Source of the DNA: Octopus vulgaris
Lineage: Eukaryota
Reading direction: 5' to 3'
Assembly: GCA_951406725.2 (NCBI GenBank)
Contig: OX597819.1
Span: forward strand, 23,622,001 to 23,686,000
Length of the DNA stretch: 64,000 nucleotides
Position numbers and translations under genes: made by a program. Of this stretch, positions 1 to 11,279 are shown piece after piece (position 1 is the stretch's first letter; the number at the start of each line of letters is the position of its first letter). The notes beneath the pieces are model-generated. The model was not told the DNA's origin. It was given only the letters and a program-made list of their open reading frames with translations, and did not search any database.

Positions 1-959
1 CCTCTCGCTCAGAGTAAAAGGCAGACTGTATGATGCATGTGTACGAACAGCCATGCTACATGGGCCGTGACTGCTGAGGACATGCGTAAGCTCGCGAGAA
101 ATGAAGCTAGTATGCTCCGTTGGATGTGTAATGTCAGTGTTCATAGTCGACAGAGTGTAAGTACCCTGAGAGAAAAGTTGGACCTAAGAGGCATCAGATG
201 TTGTGTGCAAGAGAGACGATTGCGCTGGTATGGTCATGTGGTGAGAATGGATGAAGATAGGTGTGTGAAAAAGTGCCACACCCTGGCAGTTGAGGGGACC
301 TGTGGAAGAGGTAGACCCAGGAAAACCTGGGTCGAGGTGGTGAAGCACGACCTTCGAACTCTAGGTCTCACCAAGGAAATGACCAGAGACCGAGACCTAT
401 GGAAGTATGCTGTGCGTGAGAAGACCCGGCAAGACCAGTGAGAACAATCAAAATCAAATCATATATCAGAAAGCAGCGGTTAAGTGACCCATCCGTTCGT
501 GTCCGCTGTCAGCCTCGTCTGGCACCTGTGCCGGTGATACGTAAAAGCACCATTCGCTCGTGGCCGTTTGCCAGCTCTGCCTGGCCCCCGTGTCGGTGGC
601 ACGTAAAAGCACCATCCGTTCGTGTTCGTTGCCAGCCTCGCCTGGCCCCGTGTCGGTGGCGCGTAAAAGCACCATCCGTTCGTGTTCGTTGTCAGCCTCG
701 GCTGGCCCCCGTGCCCGTGACACGTAAAAGCACCGTCCGTTCGTGGCCATTTGCCAGCTCTGTCTGGCCCCGTGTCGGTGGCACGTAAAAAACACCCACT
801 ACACTCGCGGAGTGGTTGGCGTTAGGAAGGGCATCCAGCCGTAGAAACACTGCCAGATCTGACTGGGCCTGACGAAGGCTTCCAGCTTCACAGACCCCAG
901 TTGACCCGTCCAACCCATGCTAGCATGGAAAGCGGACGCTAAATGATGATGATGATGAT
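1..959 (+). mobile_element. RTE-clade LINE, 3' part (C-terminal ORF end to 441, tandem-repeat 3' UTR, (GAT)n tail); cut by window edge
   Basis: ORF 37-441 has RTE C-terminal motifs (MLRWMC, RRLRWYGHVVRM, RGRPRKTW); 3' UTR ends in (gat)n at 942-959; homologous to 2450-3413. Confidence 0.92.
489..796 (+). repeat. Five tandem 60-62 bp units in the RTE 3' UTR
   Basis: Units start at 489, 550, 612, 672, 733; each is CCATCCGTTCGTG..GCCAG..CTGGC..CGTGYCGGTGGCACGTAAAAGCA-like. Confidence 0.9.
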
Positions 960-986
960 ATATATATATACATATATAGATATATA

Positions 987-3413
987 AAGATGTAGCAGAA
1001 AAGAAGTTTGCCAATGTCCAGCGACGCGAGGACCAAAGAGCTGAGGTATTTCGGATTGCCAGACAGTGTGTCAGAGAAAATAGTGATGTTACAGGAGAGA
1101 AATGTGTCCGCATGGATGATGGGGCACTTGCTTTTACTGTTAGTGAAAAGAAAGAGGCTTGGAGAAGCCATTATGAAAGACTGCTGAACGAGGAGAATGA
1201 ATGGGAGGAGGAGAGCCTGCCAAATATTGACCCAGTAGAGGGACCAGCTACCCGAATAGACAGCTCCCTTGTAGAAAAGGCAATTAAGGATATGAAACCA
1301 GGTAAAGCCCCCGGCCCACAAGGAATCACTGCTGAGATGCTTAAAACAGCTGGCTATGTGGGCTATGGCATAGTCACCCTCATTGTAAACCAGGTAGTTC
1401 ACAATGGAGTCATACCCAATGACTGGCGCAGCAGCACCATAGTCAACTGCTACAAGGGTAAGGGTGATGCTCTAGATAGAAATAACTACAGGGGTATCAA
1501 ACTGTTGAACCAGGTGATGAAGGTCTCAGAGAGGGTCATAACCCATCTCATTAGGGAGAGAATTTGCTTAGATGAAATGCAGTTCGGTTTTGTACCAGGT
1601 AGAAGCACCACTGATGCTATATTCCTGGTCCGACAACTGCAGGAGAAGTACCTAGCTAAAGATAAACCCCTCTACATAGCTTTTGTGGACTTGGAGAAAG
1701 CCTTTGACAGGGTTCCCCGTTCCCTTATCTGGTGGTCGATGCGGAAACTGGAGATTGACGAATGGCTAATAAGGGCTGTACAGGCTCTATACAGAGAGGC
1801 TGTCAGCAAGGTTAGGATTGGCAACGAATATAGTGAAGAATTCCAGGTAGAAGTAGGTGTGCACCAGGGCTCAGCCCTCAGTCCCCTTTTATTCATCATA
1901 GTCCTCCAAGCAATAACAGAGGAATTCAAAACGGGATGCCCCTGGGAGCTCCTCTATGCTGATGACCTAGCTCTCATAGCAGAATCACTACCGGAACTAG
2001 AAAAGAAATTTCGGGTGTGGAAGCAAGGGTTAGAATCAAAGGGCCTTAGAGTAAATGTAGCAAAAACCAAAGTAATAGTAAGCAGCAAGGCGTACTCAGC
2101 ACACACCCCCTCGGGTAGGTGGCCCTGCTCAATCTGTAGGAAAGGTACAGGTAGAAACTCCATAAGATGCACCCAATGTAAGCTATGGACGCATAAGAGG
2201 TGCAGCAACATTAAAGGGAAATTAACAGATAAGATAGCTTTCATGTGCGGCAGATGCACAGGGTCAATAGACAACAGACACTCAGAAAACAGATTCCATC
2301 ACACTCCAGGGAGAGAAACTAGAAGTAGTTGATAGTTTCCGCTACCTGGGTGATCAAGTTAGTAGCGGAGGTGGATGCACAGAGAGTATCACCACTAGAA
2401 TACGAATAGCCTGGGCAAAGTTCAGAAAGCTTCTACCCCTACTGGCGACAAAGGGTCTCTCCCTCAGAGCGAAAGGTAGATTGTATGATGCATGTGTGCG
2501 AACTGCCATGCTTTACGGTAATGAAACATGGGCTGTGACTGCAGAGGACATGCGTAGACTTGAAAGAAATGAAGCTAGCATGATCCGCTGGATGTGTAGT
2601 GTCAGTGTGCACGCACGACAAAGTGTAAGCATCCTGAGAGAAATGCTGGATATAAGAAGCATCAGATGTGGTGTGCAAGAGCGACGCTTGCGATGGTATG
2701 GTCATGTGCTGCGGATGGATGAAGAGAGATGTGTGAAGAAGTGCCACTCCCAAACAGTTGAAGGTATCAGGGGGAGAGGTAGACCCAGGAAGACATGGGA
2801 TGAGGTAGTCAAGCATGACCTCAGAGCATTGGGCCTCACTGAGGCAATGGCGAAGGACCGAGATCTCTGGAGATATGCTGTGACTGCAAAGACCCGGGCT
2901 GTTTCCTGCATCAGTTCCACATAGCCCCTGCCCATTCAAAGTACCCCGGATCCCAGATCGTCCTGCTGTGCCTGAGGAGACCTGTTGAGTCAAGTACATG
3001 AACATGAACGTCGAAATAAATATCAATGGAAATAGGAGTTATGATGCCTGTGCCGGTGTCACATAAAAAGTACTATCCGAACGTGACCGATGCCAGCGCT
3101 GCCCCGACTGGCCTCTGTGCCGGTAAGACTATCCGAACGTTGCCAGCGCCGCCTTGGCTGGCTCCCGTGCCGCTGGCACGTTAAAAGCTCGAACCGATCG
3201 TGACCGATGCCGGACCCCCCCGGCCCCTGTGCAGGTGGCACGTAAAAAGCACCCACTCCACTCGCGGAGTGGTTGGCGTTAGGAAGGGCATCCAGCCATA
3301 GAAACTCTGCCAGATCAGACTGGAGCCTGCAGCGGCCCCTGGCTTCCCAGACCCCGGTCGAACCGTCCAACCCGTGCTAGCGCGGAAAACGGACGTTAAA
3401 CGATGATGATGAT
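987..3413 (+). mobile_element. 5'-truncated RTE-clade LINE (RT with embedded PHD finger), one frameshift near 2270
   Basis: Frame open from about 989; KAPGP, NYRGIKLL, QFGF, FVDLEKAFDRV, GVHQGSALSPLLF, LLYADDL; continues in another frame via LEVVDSFRYLG to stop at 2924; (gat)n tail; flanked by TA runs. Confidence 0.95.
989..2924 (+). pseudogene. Reverse transcriptase ORF of RTE element (truncated, frameshifted)
   Basis: ORF-track pieces 1112-2332 and 2481-2924 join through a frameshift at about 2270. Confidence 0.9.
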
Positions 3414-3479
3414 ACATATATATATATTGATATATACATATATATATATAGATATATACATATATATATATATATATAT

Positions 3480-3514
<35 letters not shown>

Positions 3515-3576
3515 TAGATATATACATATATATATATATAAATTGATCAAAATAAAAACATGATGCCAAGGATTCA

Positions 3577-3654
3577 GCGGTACATATGTTTCGGGCCTTT
3601 ATTAGACAGATTTATAACAATGCATAATGTATGTCTGTGGCCTTCTTCAGCCGC
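3577..3654 (-). ncRNA. Type I hammerhead ribozyme motif
   Basis: Minus strand: GCGG-CTGAAGA-A-GGCC..GGCC-C-GAAA-CATATG-TA-CCGC. Confidence 0.85.
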
Positions 3655-5585
3655 GCACAACAACTTCCACAAGGACATGTGTTACATCAAAAATTCTTGG
3701 TTGGGGATGCAAATCCTCTCATTCGCGTACGACATAATGCGGCAGCAGCATAGAATTGAAGCGTCCATCTCGTTCTTCTCTCAATGTAGAATGAGGGAAT
3801 TTAGATGTTGAAGTAATGTAAATAAATTAACAAATAAATACATATATAGACGTGAAGGGACCGGGTGATAAGAGTAAATAGGGGTAAAGATGGAGGGCTG
3901 AGAATTCAGGACGAAGGATAAAAAAATATATAAAAAGTGTAAGTATAGAAAAATGTAAAAGTGTAGAGTATAAAGATATAAAGAGATATAGTATAAAATA
4001 AAAATATAAATGAATATAAAGGTATCAAGTATAAAGAATAAAAATAAAATAAAAGCAAAAAAAAAATATAAATGAATATAAAGGTATCAAGTTATAAAGT
4101 GACAAAAAAAATAGAAATAGTTAATCTAAGTTATAAAAATAAGCAAAATAAAAGCATACACAGCTCCAAGCAAAAAATAATAAAAAAATATATAAGGATA
4201 AGGGATGTATAGTGGTTACGGACCAAACATGGTGGTCAGGAAAATGACAAAATCCAGTTGTAGAGTCAACAGGGGCGTCTGGGGACTTAGTGTGTTGTAA
4301 ATCAGATCTGTTGAGCGGTTAATCTAGTAAGGTTAATAAAAGATGTGTATAAGAACGCATGTAAAGAATCACGCACTCACGTCTATACGTACACGCACAC
4401 ACGGCTGTGTGTCTATATGTGCGTGTACATATACATCCACATGCACACACAGAGACATACGCGCGTATAGGTATAGCTATAAGATATTAAAAGATGTATA
4501 CAAATGTGTGTAAATATATGCGTGTACGTATAGACGTGAGTGCGTGATTCTTTACATGCGTTCTTATACACATCTTTTATTACCTTATATCTAAACCGGT
4601 ATGCGTGGGCATCTGTGTACGTGTATGTAGGGATGGACGTACGTATGTATATATGGGTGTGTGTATGTGCATGTGTATGTATATGTATGCACGTGCATAT
4701 ATGTGTATATGCATATGTATATATGTATGTGCGTGTGTGTGTATATATATGTATATATGTATATGTACACGGATAATGTCCGGGTATATATACGCATATT
4801 CTGTTGTATGTATGTATACATGCGCATGTGTGTGGGTGTATATGGGTTTCTGTATATGTTTACACGTGAGTACGTATGTATGCTTATATGCTTGGAGCTG
4901 TGTATGCGTGCGTATATGTGCGCGTGTATATGGGTGTATGTATCCATGCTGGTATGTATGTACAAGATGACCAATTAACTCAAGGAACTAGATTAACCGC
5001 TCAACAGATCTGATTTACAACACACTAAGTCCCCAGACGCCCCTGTTGACTCTACAACTTGATTTTGTCATTTTCCTGACCACCATGTTTGGTCCGTAAC
5101 CACTATACATCCCTTATCCTTATATATTTTTTTATTATTTTTTTTGCTTTTATTTTTATTTTTATTTCTATTTCTATTTTTACTTTATAACTTGATACCT
5201 TTATATTCATTTATATTTTTTTATATTCTTTATACCCCCTTATATCTCCTTATATCTCTTTATATCTTTATACTCTACACTTTTACATTTTTCTATACTT
5301 ACACTTTTTATATATTTTTTTATCCTTCGTCCTGAATTCTCGCCCCTCCATCTTTACCCCTATTTACTCTTATCACCAGGTCCCTTCACGTCTATATATG
5401 TATTTATTTGTTAATTTATTTACATTACTTCAACATCTAAATTCCCTCATTCTACATTGAGAGAAGAACGAGATGGACGCTTCAATTCTATGCTGCTGCC
5501 GCATTATGTCGTACGCGAATGAGAGGATTTGCATCCCCAACCAAGAATTTTTGATGTAACACATGTCCTTGTGGAAGTTGTTTGC

Positions 5586-5665
5586 GCGGCTGAAGAAGGC
5601 CACAGACATACATTATGCATTGTTATAAATCTATGTCTAATAAAGGCCCGAAACATATGTACCGC
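5586..5665 (+). ncRNA. Type I hammerhead ribozyme motif
   Basis: Stem I GCGG/CCGC, core CTGAAGA 5590-5596, stem II GGCC/GGCC extended by AGACATA/TATGTCT, GAAA 5650-5653, palindromic CATATG, GUA site at 5659-5661. Confidence 0.87.
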
Positions 5666-5762
5666 TGAATCCTTGGCATCATGTTTTTATTTTGATCAAT
5701 TTACTCCTCCACCTACACCACCAAACGGTATATACAGGTGCTATATATATTATCATAGTACA

Positions 5763-5787
5763 TATTTATATATATATAGATAGATAC

Positions 5788-5854
<67 letters not shown>

Positions 5855-6163
5855 TATACATATTTATATATATATATATATAGATAGATACATATATATA
5901 TATAGGCATATACTATATTTATATATATATATAGAATATATATATATATATATATATAGGCATATACATATATATAGACATATAGACATATATATATATA
6001 TATATATATATAGACATATATTTATATATATATAGACATATATATTTATATAGACATATATATATATATATATATATAGACATATACATATTTATATAGA
6101 CTATATATATATATATAGACATATACATATTTATATATATATAGACATATACATATTTATATA

Positions 6164-6217
<54 letters not shown>

Positions 6218-6233
6218 TATACATATTTATATA

Positions 6234-6269
<36 letters not shown>

Positions 6270-6446
6270 TATACATATTTATATAGATATATATATATAT
6301 ATAGACATATATATATATATAGACATATATATTTATATATATAGACATATATATATATACATATATATTTATATATATATATATATAGACATATACATAT
6401 ATATATATATATAGACATATACATATATATATATATACATATATAT
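5763..6446. repeat. (TA)n / TAGACA-interrupted microsatellite
   Basis: Direct inspection. Confidence 0.95.
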
Positions 6447-6546
6447 CTCACACGCACACAGAAACGTCTCAGGAAATAGGAATATTATTTAAAAACCGAA
6501 TATTTGTTAATTGGCGATCTAGCATTTTTGGTTTCCGCGCAAGAAT

Positions 6547-6750
6547 CATGAGGCTGTGTGATATGAAGCTTGCTTCCCAATGACCCGGTTCCGGGTTCAG
6601 TCCCACTTTGGGCAAGAGGCTTCTACTATCGCTTCGGACCGACCAAACTCTTGTGAGTAGATTGGTTAGACACAAACTGAAAGAAAGCTTTCGTACATGT
6701 GTGTGCGTATCTTTTTGTCGCCCACTACCGATTGAGAATCGGTGTTGGGG
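6547..6750 (+). mobile_element. SINE family A, degenerate 5' part
   Basis: GGTTCCGGGTTCAGTCCCACT B-box region and body similar to 34549-34960. Confidence 0.75.
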
Positions 6751-7021
6751 TAGAACGTAGAGCGTTCCATCCTTGACTTAATTCTTAGAGTCACGCGAAT
6801 GTGACGAAGTAGAGTCCATTCGATCTGACTTCGAAATACTTTCCAATTGCTCAAATTCACTCACAGTATTGCGATTATCTAAAAGACTTCGCAGTGGGAC
6901 TGAACACATGAACTCATAGATGCAGTCACGACCACTCAGCCATACAGTCTTGACCACTCATGAATTCGGTCTTTATTACCCAGCCAAATATTGTGCGGAC
7001 ATACGAGTATTAAGGAGACAA

Positions 7022-7353
7022 GGAGGCGCAATGGCCCAGTAGTTAGGGCAGCGGACTCGCGGTCATAGGATCGCGGTTTCGATTCCCAGACCTAAAGCTC
7101 CACGAGGCTCCGGCAGGGGATGGTGGTGATCCCTGCTGTACTCTTTCACCACAACTTTCTCTCACTCTTACTTCCTGTTTCTGTTGTACCTGTATTTCAA
7201 AGGGCCGGCCTTGTCACGCTGAATATCCCCGAGAACTACGTTAAGGGTACACGTGTCTGTGGAGTGCTCAGCCACTTGCACGTTAATTTCACGAGCAGGC
7301 TGTTCCGTTGATTCGGATCAACCGGAATCCTCACCGTCGGAGTGCTTCCATCC
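7022..7353 (+). mobile_element. tRNA-derived SINE family C with 13-bp TSD
   Basis: Head GGAGGCGCAATGGCCCAGT..GGTTTCGATTCCC; TSD ATTAAGGAGACAA at 7009-7021 and 7354-7366; two internal deletions relative to the 37726 copy. Confidence 0.92.
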
Positions 7354-7937
7354 ATTAAGGAGACAATTTAAGGCATTAACTTGCAGTGTCGATCCCAAGC
7401 TGTCTTGTTTTTCTTTTAAACAAACTTACAAAACGTATGTTTGGTCTCACCGCTCTATTTTATACAGAGAGGCAAATTCACTATGACTAATACTATCAGA
7501 TAGGAAGAAATTATGGGTGTCCTATTGCAGAAAAGTGATTGTTACAATAAAAAAAAATTGAAAACGATCAAGAGAAAGCGGTGAAGATGAAAGCACGAAA
7601 CTTCTGGGAAATGTAACCCATCCTCCTAAAACATAATAATCCAACAGAAGTAAGATGTCGGTAGAGATAAGGGAAGAAAACGTATGTTCGCTGGCCATTT
7701 ATTTATGTTAGTGATCATGTGAAAAGGATTCATTCGAATCACAAAGTAATCTCCCTTTTTAACCGAGCTTTTAAAGGTAGATAACTCTTGAATTTACTCC
7801 GTAGTTGTCTTTCTTGAAACCTCCGTTAAAACAATAACAACAAAATATACGTTGTCTTTCTCCCCTTCTGTGTGACGTAGTTTAAACGCCTGTTCTCCCT
7901 TAGTCAAAAATCTAATTTAAGCATAAGGTCGTCATGC

Positions 7938-8093
7938 AGCCGGTGTTGGTGTGTTTGCATCCCCGTAACTTGGCGGATTGGTGAGGTGGGGGGAGGCGAG
8001 TGGTGACTTAAAAAATAAGTTTGCTTGATTAAAACCCCTCAAGGCGGTGCTCCAGCATGGCTGCGGTCAAATGGCTAAAACAAGTAAAAGAAA
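7938..8093 (+). mobile_element. SINE family A, 3' fragment
   Basis: GGCGGTGCTCCAGCATGG..AAACAAGTAAAAG tail. Confidence 0.75.
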
Positions 8094-8314
8094 GGGTCAA
8101 TAGAATAATGTACCTGTGAGGGATCGTAATACGGTCTTTTCAATCCGAGTCAAGCAGTCAGAGACCCAGGAGGAGACTGAATAATATTGTGAATCTCAAT
8201 TGGTCCCTTGTGGGAATCGAACGGGGAAGTGTTATGACGGTTGCTTCTGAAAGGACCTTAAGGTGAGTGAGGACCCTACCTCCACAACCCTCTCAGAAAT
8301 GATCCTTTCAACTA

Positions 8315-8532
8315 AAGGTACAAAACCTGAAAAAGAATTTTTTCTGGTGTATATGCGGCGATAGTCGGATATATCGACCCCAGTTGCTTAACTGGTACTT
8401 ATTTCATCGATCCCGAAAGGGTTAGGGGTAAAATCGATCTCTGTGGAATTTAAACTCCGAGCGTTAAGACGGTCAAAAATTTCGCTAAGCATGTTGTCCC
8501 ACATGCCAACAATTGTGCCGGTTCGACGCCTC
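8315..8532 (-). mobile_element. SINE family B, degenerate
   Basis: TCGACCCCAG..ACTGGTACTTATTTCATCGATCCCGAAAGG core on minus strand. Confidence 0.75.
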
Positions 8533-9489
8533 CCAGAAAAAATGGGCGAAAAATAAACGAATGGTTATTGAGAAAATTGTTTTCTCTAAGATTTTCTTTT
8601 CGCAACCAGCACACAAAATAAAATTATGTGCGCACAAGAAATTAATATGTATACAAAAAGTTAAGTACCTAAAATTGTATAATTAAACATTATAGTAATT
8701 ATACATCCAGGATACGTATTTTTGTCACTGGAAAATTTGTTTTTACACGACATGAGATTGTTGTACACGCTAACTACTAAAAATTTTAAAATTCTTCAAG
8801 TAATATTAGTGCTGAGTTCAAATTCCGCCTAGGCCAACTTTGCCTTTCAGTCGATTAAATAAGTACCAGTTGAGGACTAGGGTCCATGCAATCGATTTAG
8901 CCCTTTTTATCAGTGGTCGCGATGACTATTGTACTATATCAGTATTAGCTTAACCTGTTTATTTAACCATTTTAAAGCTTGTGGGATAATATTTAAGGAA
9001 AATTTGGCTATAATTTCTTGTAAGTTGAGCGAACCGTGTAGAGACATTCTCTTTGTGAGGTAACATCACATAGATCGATAACCATCCGATGCATACCCTA
9101 AAATTCTAAACCGGTTTATCACATCATGAACTCATCTCATACGTCAAATCACAGTATGGATTCAGACTGCTACACTCAACTACAATACCAATAAAAAAGA
9201 CCTAATGCAGGAAATATACGGTGTCTTCGACTGTTTCGACCCCATTCCTCGCAACCCACTCGTACCAAAAATACTGAAGTCTCCTTAAGAAGCGATACAA
9301 AACACGGTACAATAAACTACTTGTTTGTGGTGAAGAACAACCCTTTTAGAAACCGCAATTTCTCGTATGAAGCCACATGATTTCGTTCTCTTATCCACTC
9401 TCTACAACCTTTAAATATGATGGAGCACCGCCTTTAATCGAGCAACTCGACCCCGGGATTTATTCTTTTGTAAGCCCAGTACTTATTCA

Positions 9490-9745
9490 GACAGTCATAT
9501 ACACGGGTGATATAACACCCACACCCTTCCACCATTCTCTAGATCTACTGTCAGAACAATCAAGCCTTACACAAAGACTAGAGTCTTGGTTCCGAAATAA
9601 GAATCTTAAGGTAGCACCTACCAAACCTACATTCTTCCTTCCTACAAATAACGCCAAAGAACATAAAATGCAACCAACAATCACAACATAAATAGGCCAC
9701 GCATACATAAACGATAAAAACATTAGGAGTTACATTCAACTCAGT
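9490..9745 (+). pseudogene. Decayed non-LTR reverse transcriptase fragment (adjacent to a SINE A fragment at 9418-9488)
   Basis: IYTGDIT (YADD-like) followed by LESWFRNKNLKVAPTK (motif 6/7-like). Confidence 0.55.
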
Positions 9746-9952
9746 ATGCGTAGGAGTGGCTGTGTGGTAAGTAGCTTGTTCGCATCGGCTGTGGCCACCA
9801 CTAATGTCAGCGGACGTACAGAAATAAATTGGTTAGTGGAAAGAATGGAACTGTCATACTGGTCCGACCCTTCCGTTCTTCACTGTATACTTGAGTGTAC
9901 AGTCTGGTTCCCAGAATCGCAGAATCATTTCATAACTCGGAAGGTGGATCTC

Positions 9953-10440
9953 TTTACTCTTTTACTTGTTTCAGTCATTTGACTGCGTCCATGATGGAGC
10001 ACCGCCTTTAATCGAGCAACTCGACCCCGGGACTTATTCTTTTGTAAGGCCAGTACTTATTCTATCGGTCTCTTTTGCCGAACCGCTAAGTAACGGGGAC
10101 ATAAACACACTAGCCTCGGTTGTCAAGCAATGCTAGGGGGACAAATACACGCATATATATATACGACGGGCTTCTTTTCTGTAGACAGTATCTCGCTGCC
10201 ATGATGGAGCACCGCCTTTAATCGAGCACTCGGCCCCGGGACTTATTCTTTTGTAAGCCCAGTACTTATTCTATCGGTCTCTTTTGCCGAACCGCTAAGT
10301 AACGGGGACATAAACACACCAGCATCGGTTGTCAAGCAATGCTAGGGGGGTCAAACACAAACACACGCATATCATCATCATCGTTTAACGCATATATATA
10401 TACATATATACGACGGGCTTCTTTTCTGTAGACAGTATCT
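9953..10440 (-). mobile_element. Two tandem 3' halves of SINE family A (local duplication)
   Basis: Units about 9953-10192 and 10197-10440; both end in the same junction GGGCTTCTTTTCTGTAGACAGTATCT. Confidence 0.85.
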
Positions 10441-10464
10441 TGTCGCTTAACTACCTACGTGTCA

Positions 10465-10780
10465 TAGTCTGGCACGTCGGTTCCGTTTGATTGGATCAAC
10501 GAAACAGCCTGCTTGCGAACTTAACGTGCAAGTGGCTGGGCACTCCACAAACAAGCGTACCCTTCACGTACTTCTCAGGGAGATTCTTTGTGACACAGAA
10601 TGTGAGAAGATATTCTCACATTTGAAATACAGGTACAACTCATTTTTAGCAGCTGATTAGACTAGAACAACGTGAAATAAAGTGTCTTGTCCAAGGACAC
10701 AACGCCCCACCGGGAATCGAACTCACAACCATACGATCGTGAGCTGGATACTCTAACTATTAAGCCACGAGCCTTCATGG
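10465..10780 (-). mobile_element. SINE family C-related copy
   Basis: AACAGCCTGCTTGCGAACTTAACGTGCAAGTGGCTGGGCACTCCACA body; CGGGAATCGAACTC B box. Confidence 0.8.
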
Positions 10781-11279
10781 TATAATCTAATGCGCGCTTC
10801 TATCTTTAAAAGAAAGAAGGAAAACATTGATGGATGGATGGTTCTCGATGACGAAGATACTGTATTCAATCAACTAGATTACCTTCTCATTAAATCAACG
10901 TGTAAGTGGCTGCATATTCCATAGACATGTATACCAATTACGCAATTTTCAGACAGTGACATGGTGCGCAAACAAAACTGTACTTTTTGAATTACATGTA
11001 CAATGCACCAAACGGGTTTCTATAAAGTTTCCGTCTGCCCATTTTCTCTTTGAAAAAACAAAAACAAACAAAAAAAAAAACACTTGCCTGAGATGCTACT
11101 CAATGGGATCGAACCCAGGACATCATGTTTGCGAAGCGAAATCCTTAACCATTCGGTCATACTGCACTTACATTCTACGATACATAACATCTCAGAAAAA
11201 GAAAAAGAAAAGTGGATATTCGTTGTATTTAATCACAAAACTGCTCGATCAGGGATGACCTGTCGTTAAATAACCTTAA

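Larger units (their letters stand above)
3539..5762. mobile_element. Non-coding Penelope-like terminal-repeat element as a large inverted repeat (arms 3539-4328 and 4987-5703; inner inverted pair 4329-4397 and 4519-4586)
   Basis: Arms are near-identical reverse complements with indels in the A-rich part; each arm carries a type I hammerhead; embedded in (TA)n. Confidence 0.75.

Noticed and set aside
489-796. CRISPR-like array
   Set aside because: Units are contiguous homologous repeats without unique spacers, in a eukaryotic LINE 3' UTR, and no cas genes are present
2965-3030. Hammerhead-like CTGAGGA-GAC..GTC-GAAA-TAAATA-TC in the RTE 3' UTR
   Set aside because: Stem I does not pair, and the motif is absent from the other RTE copy
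7022-7095. tRNA gene
   Set aside because: The tRNA-like head continues into a SINE body with TSDs; the same applies to all other tRNA-like heads here
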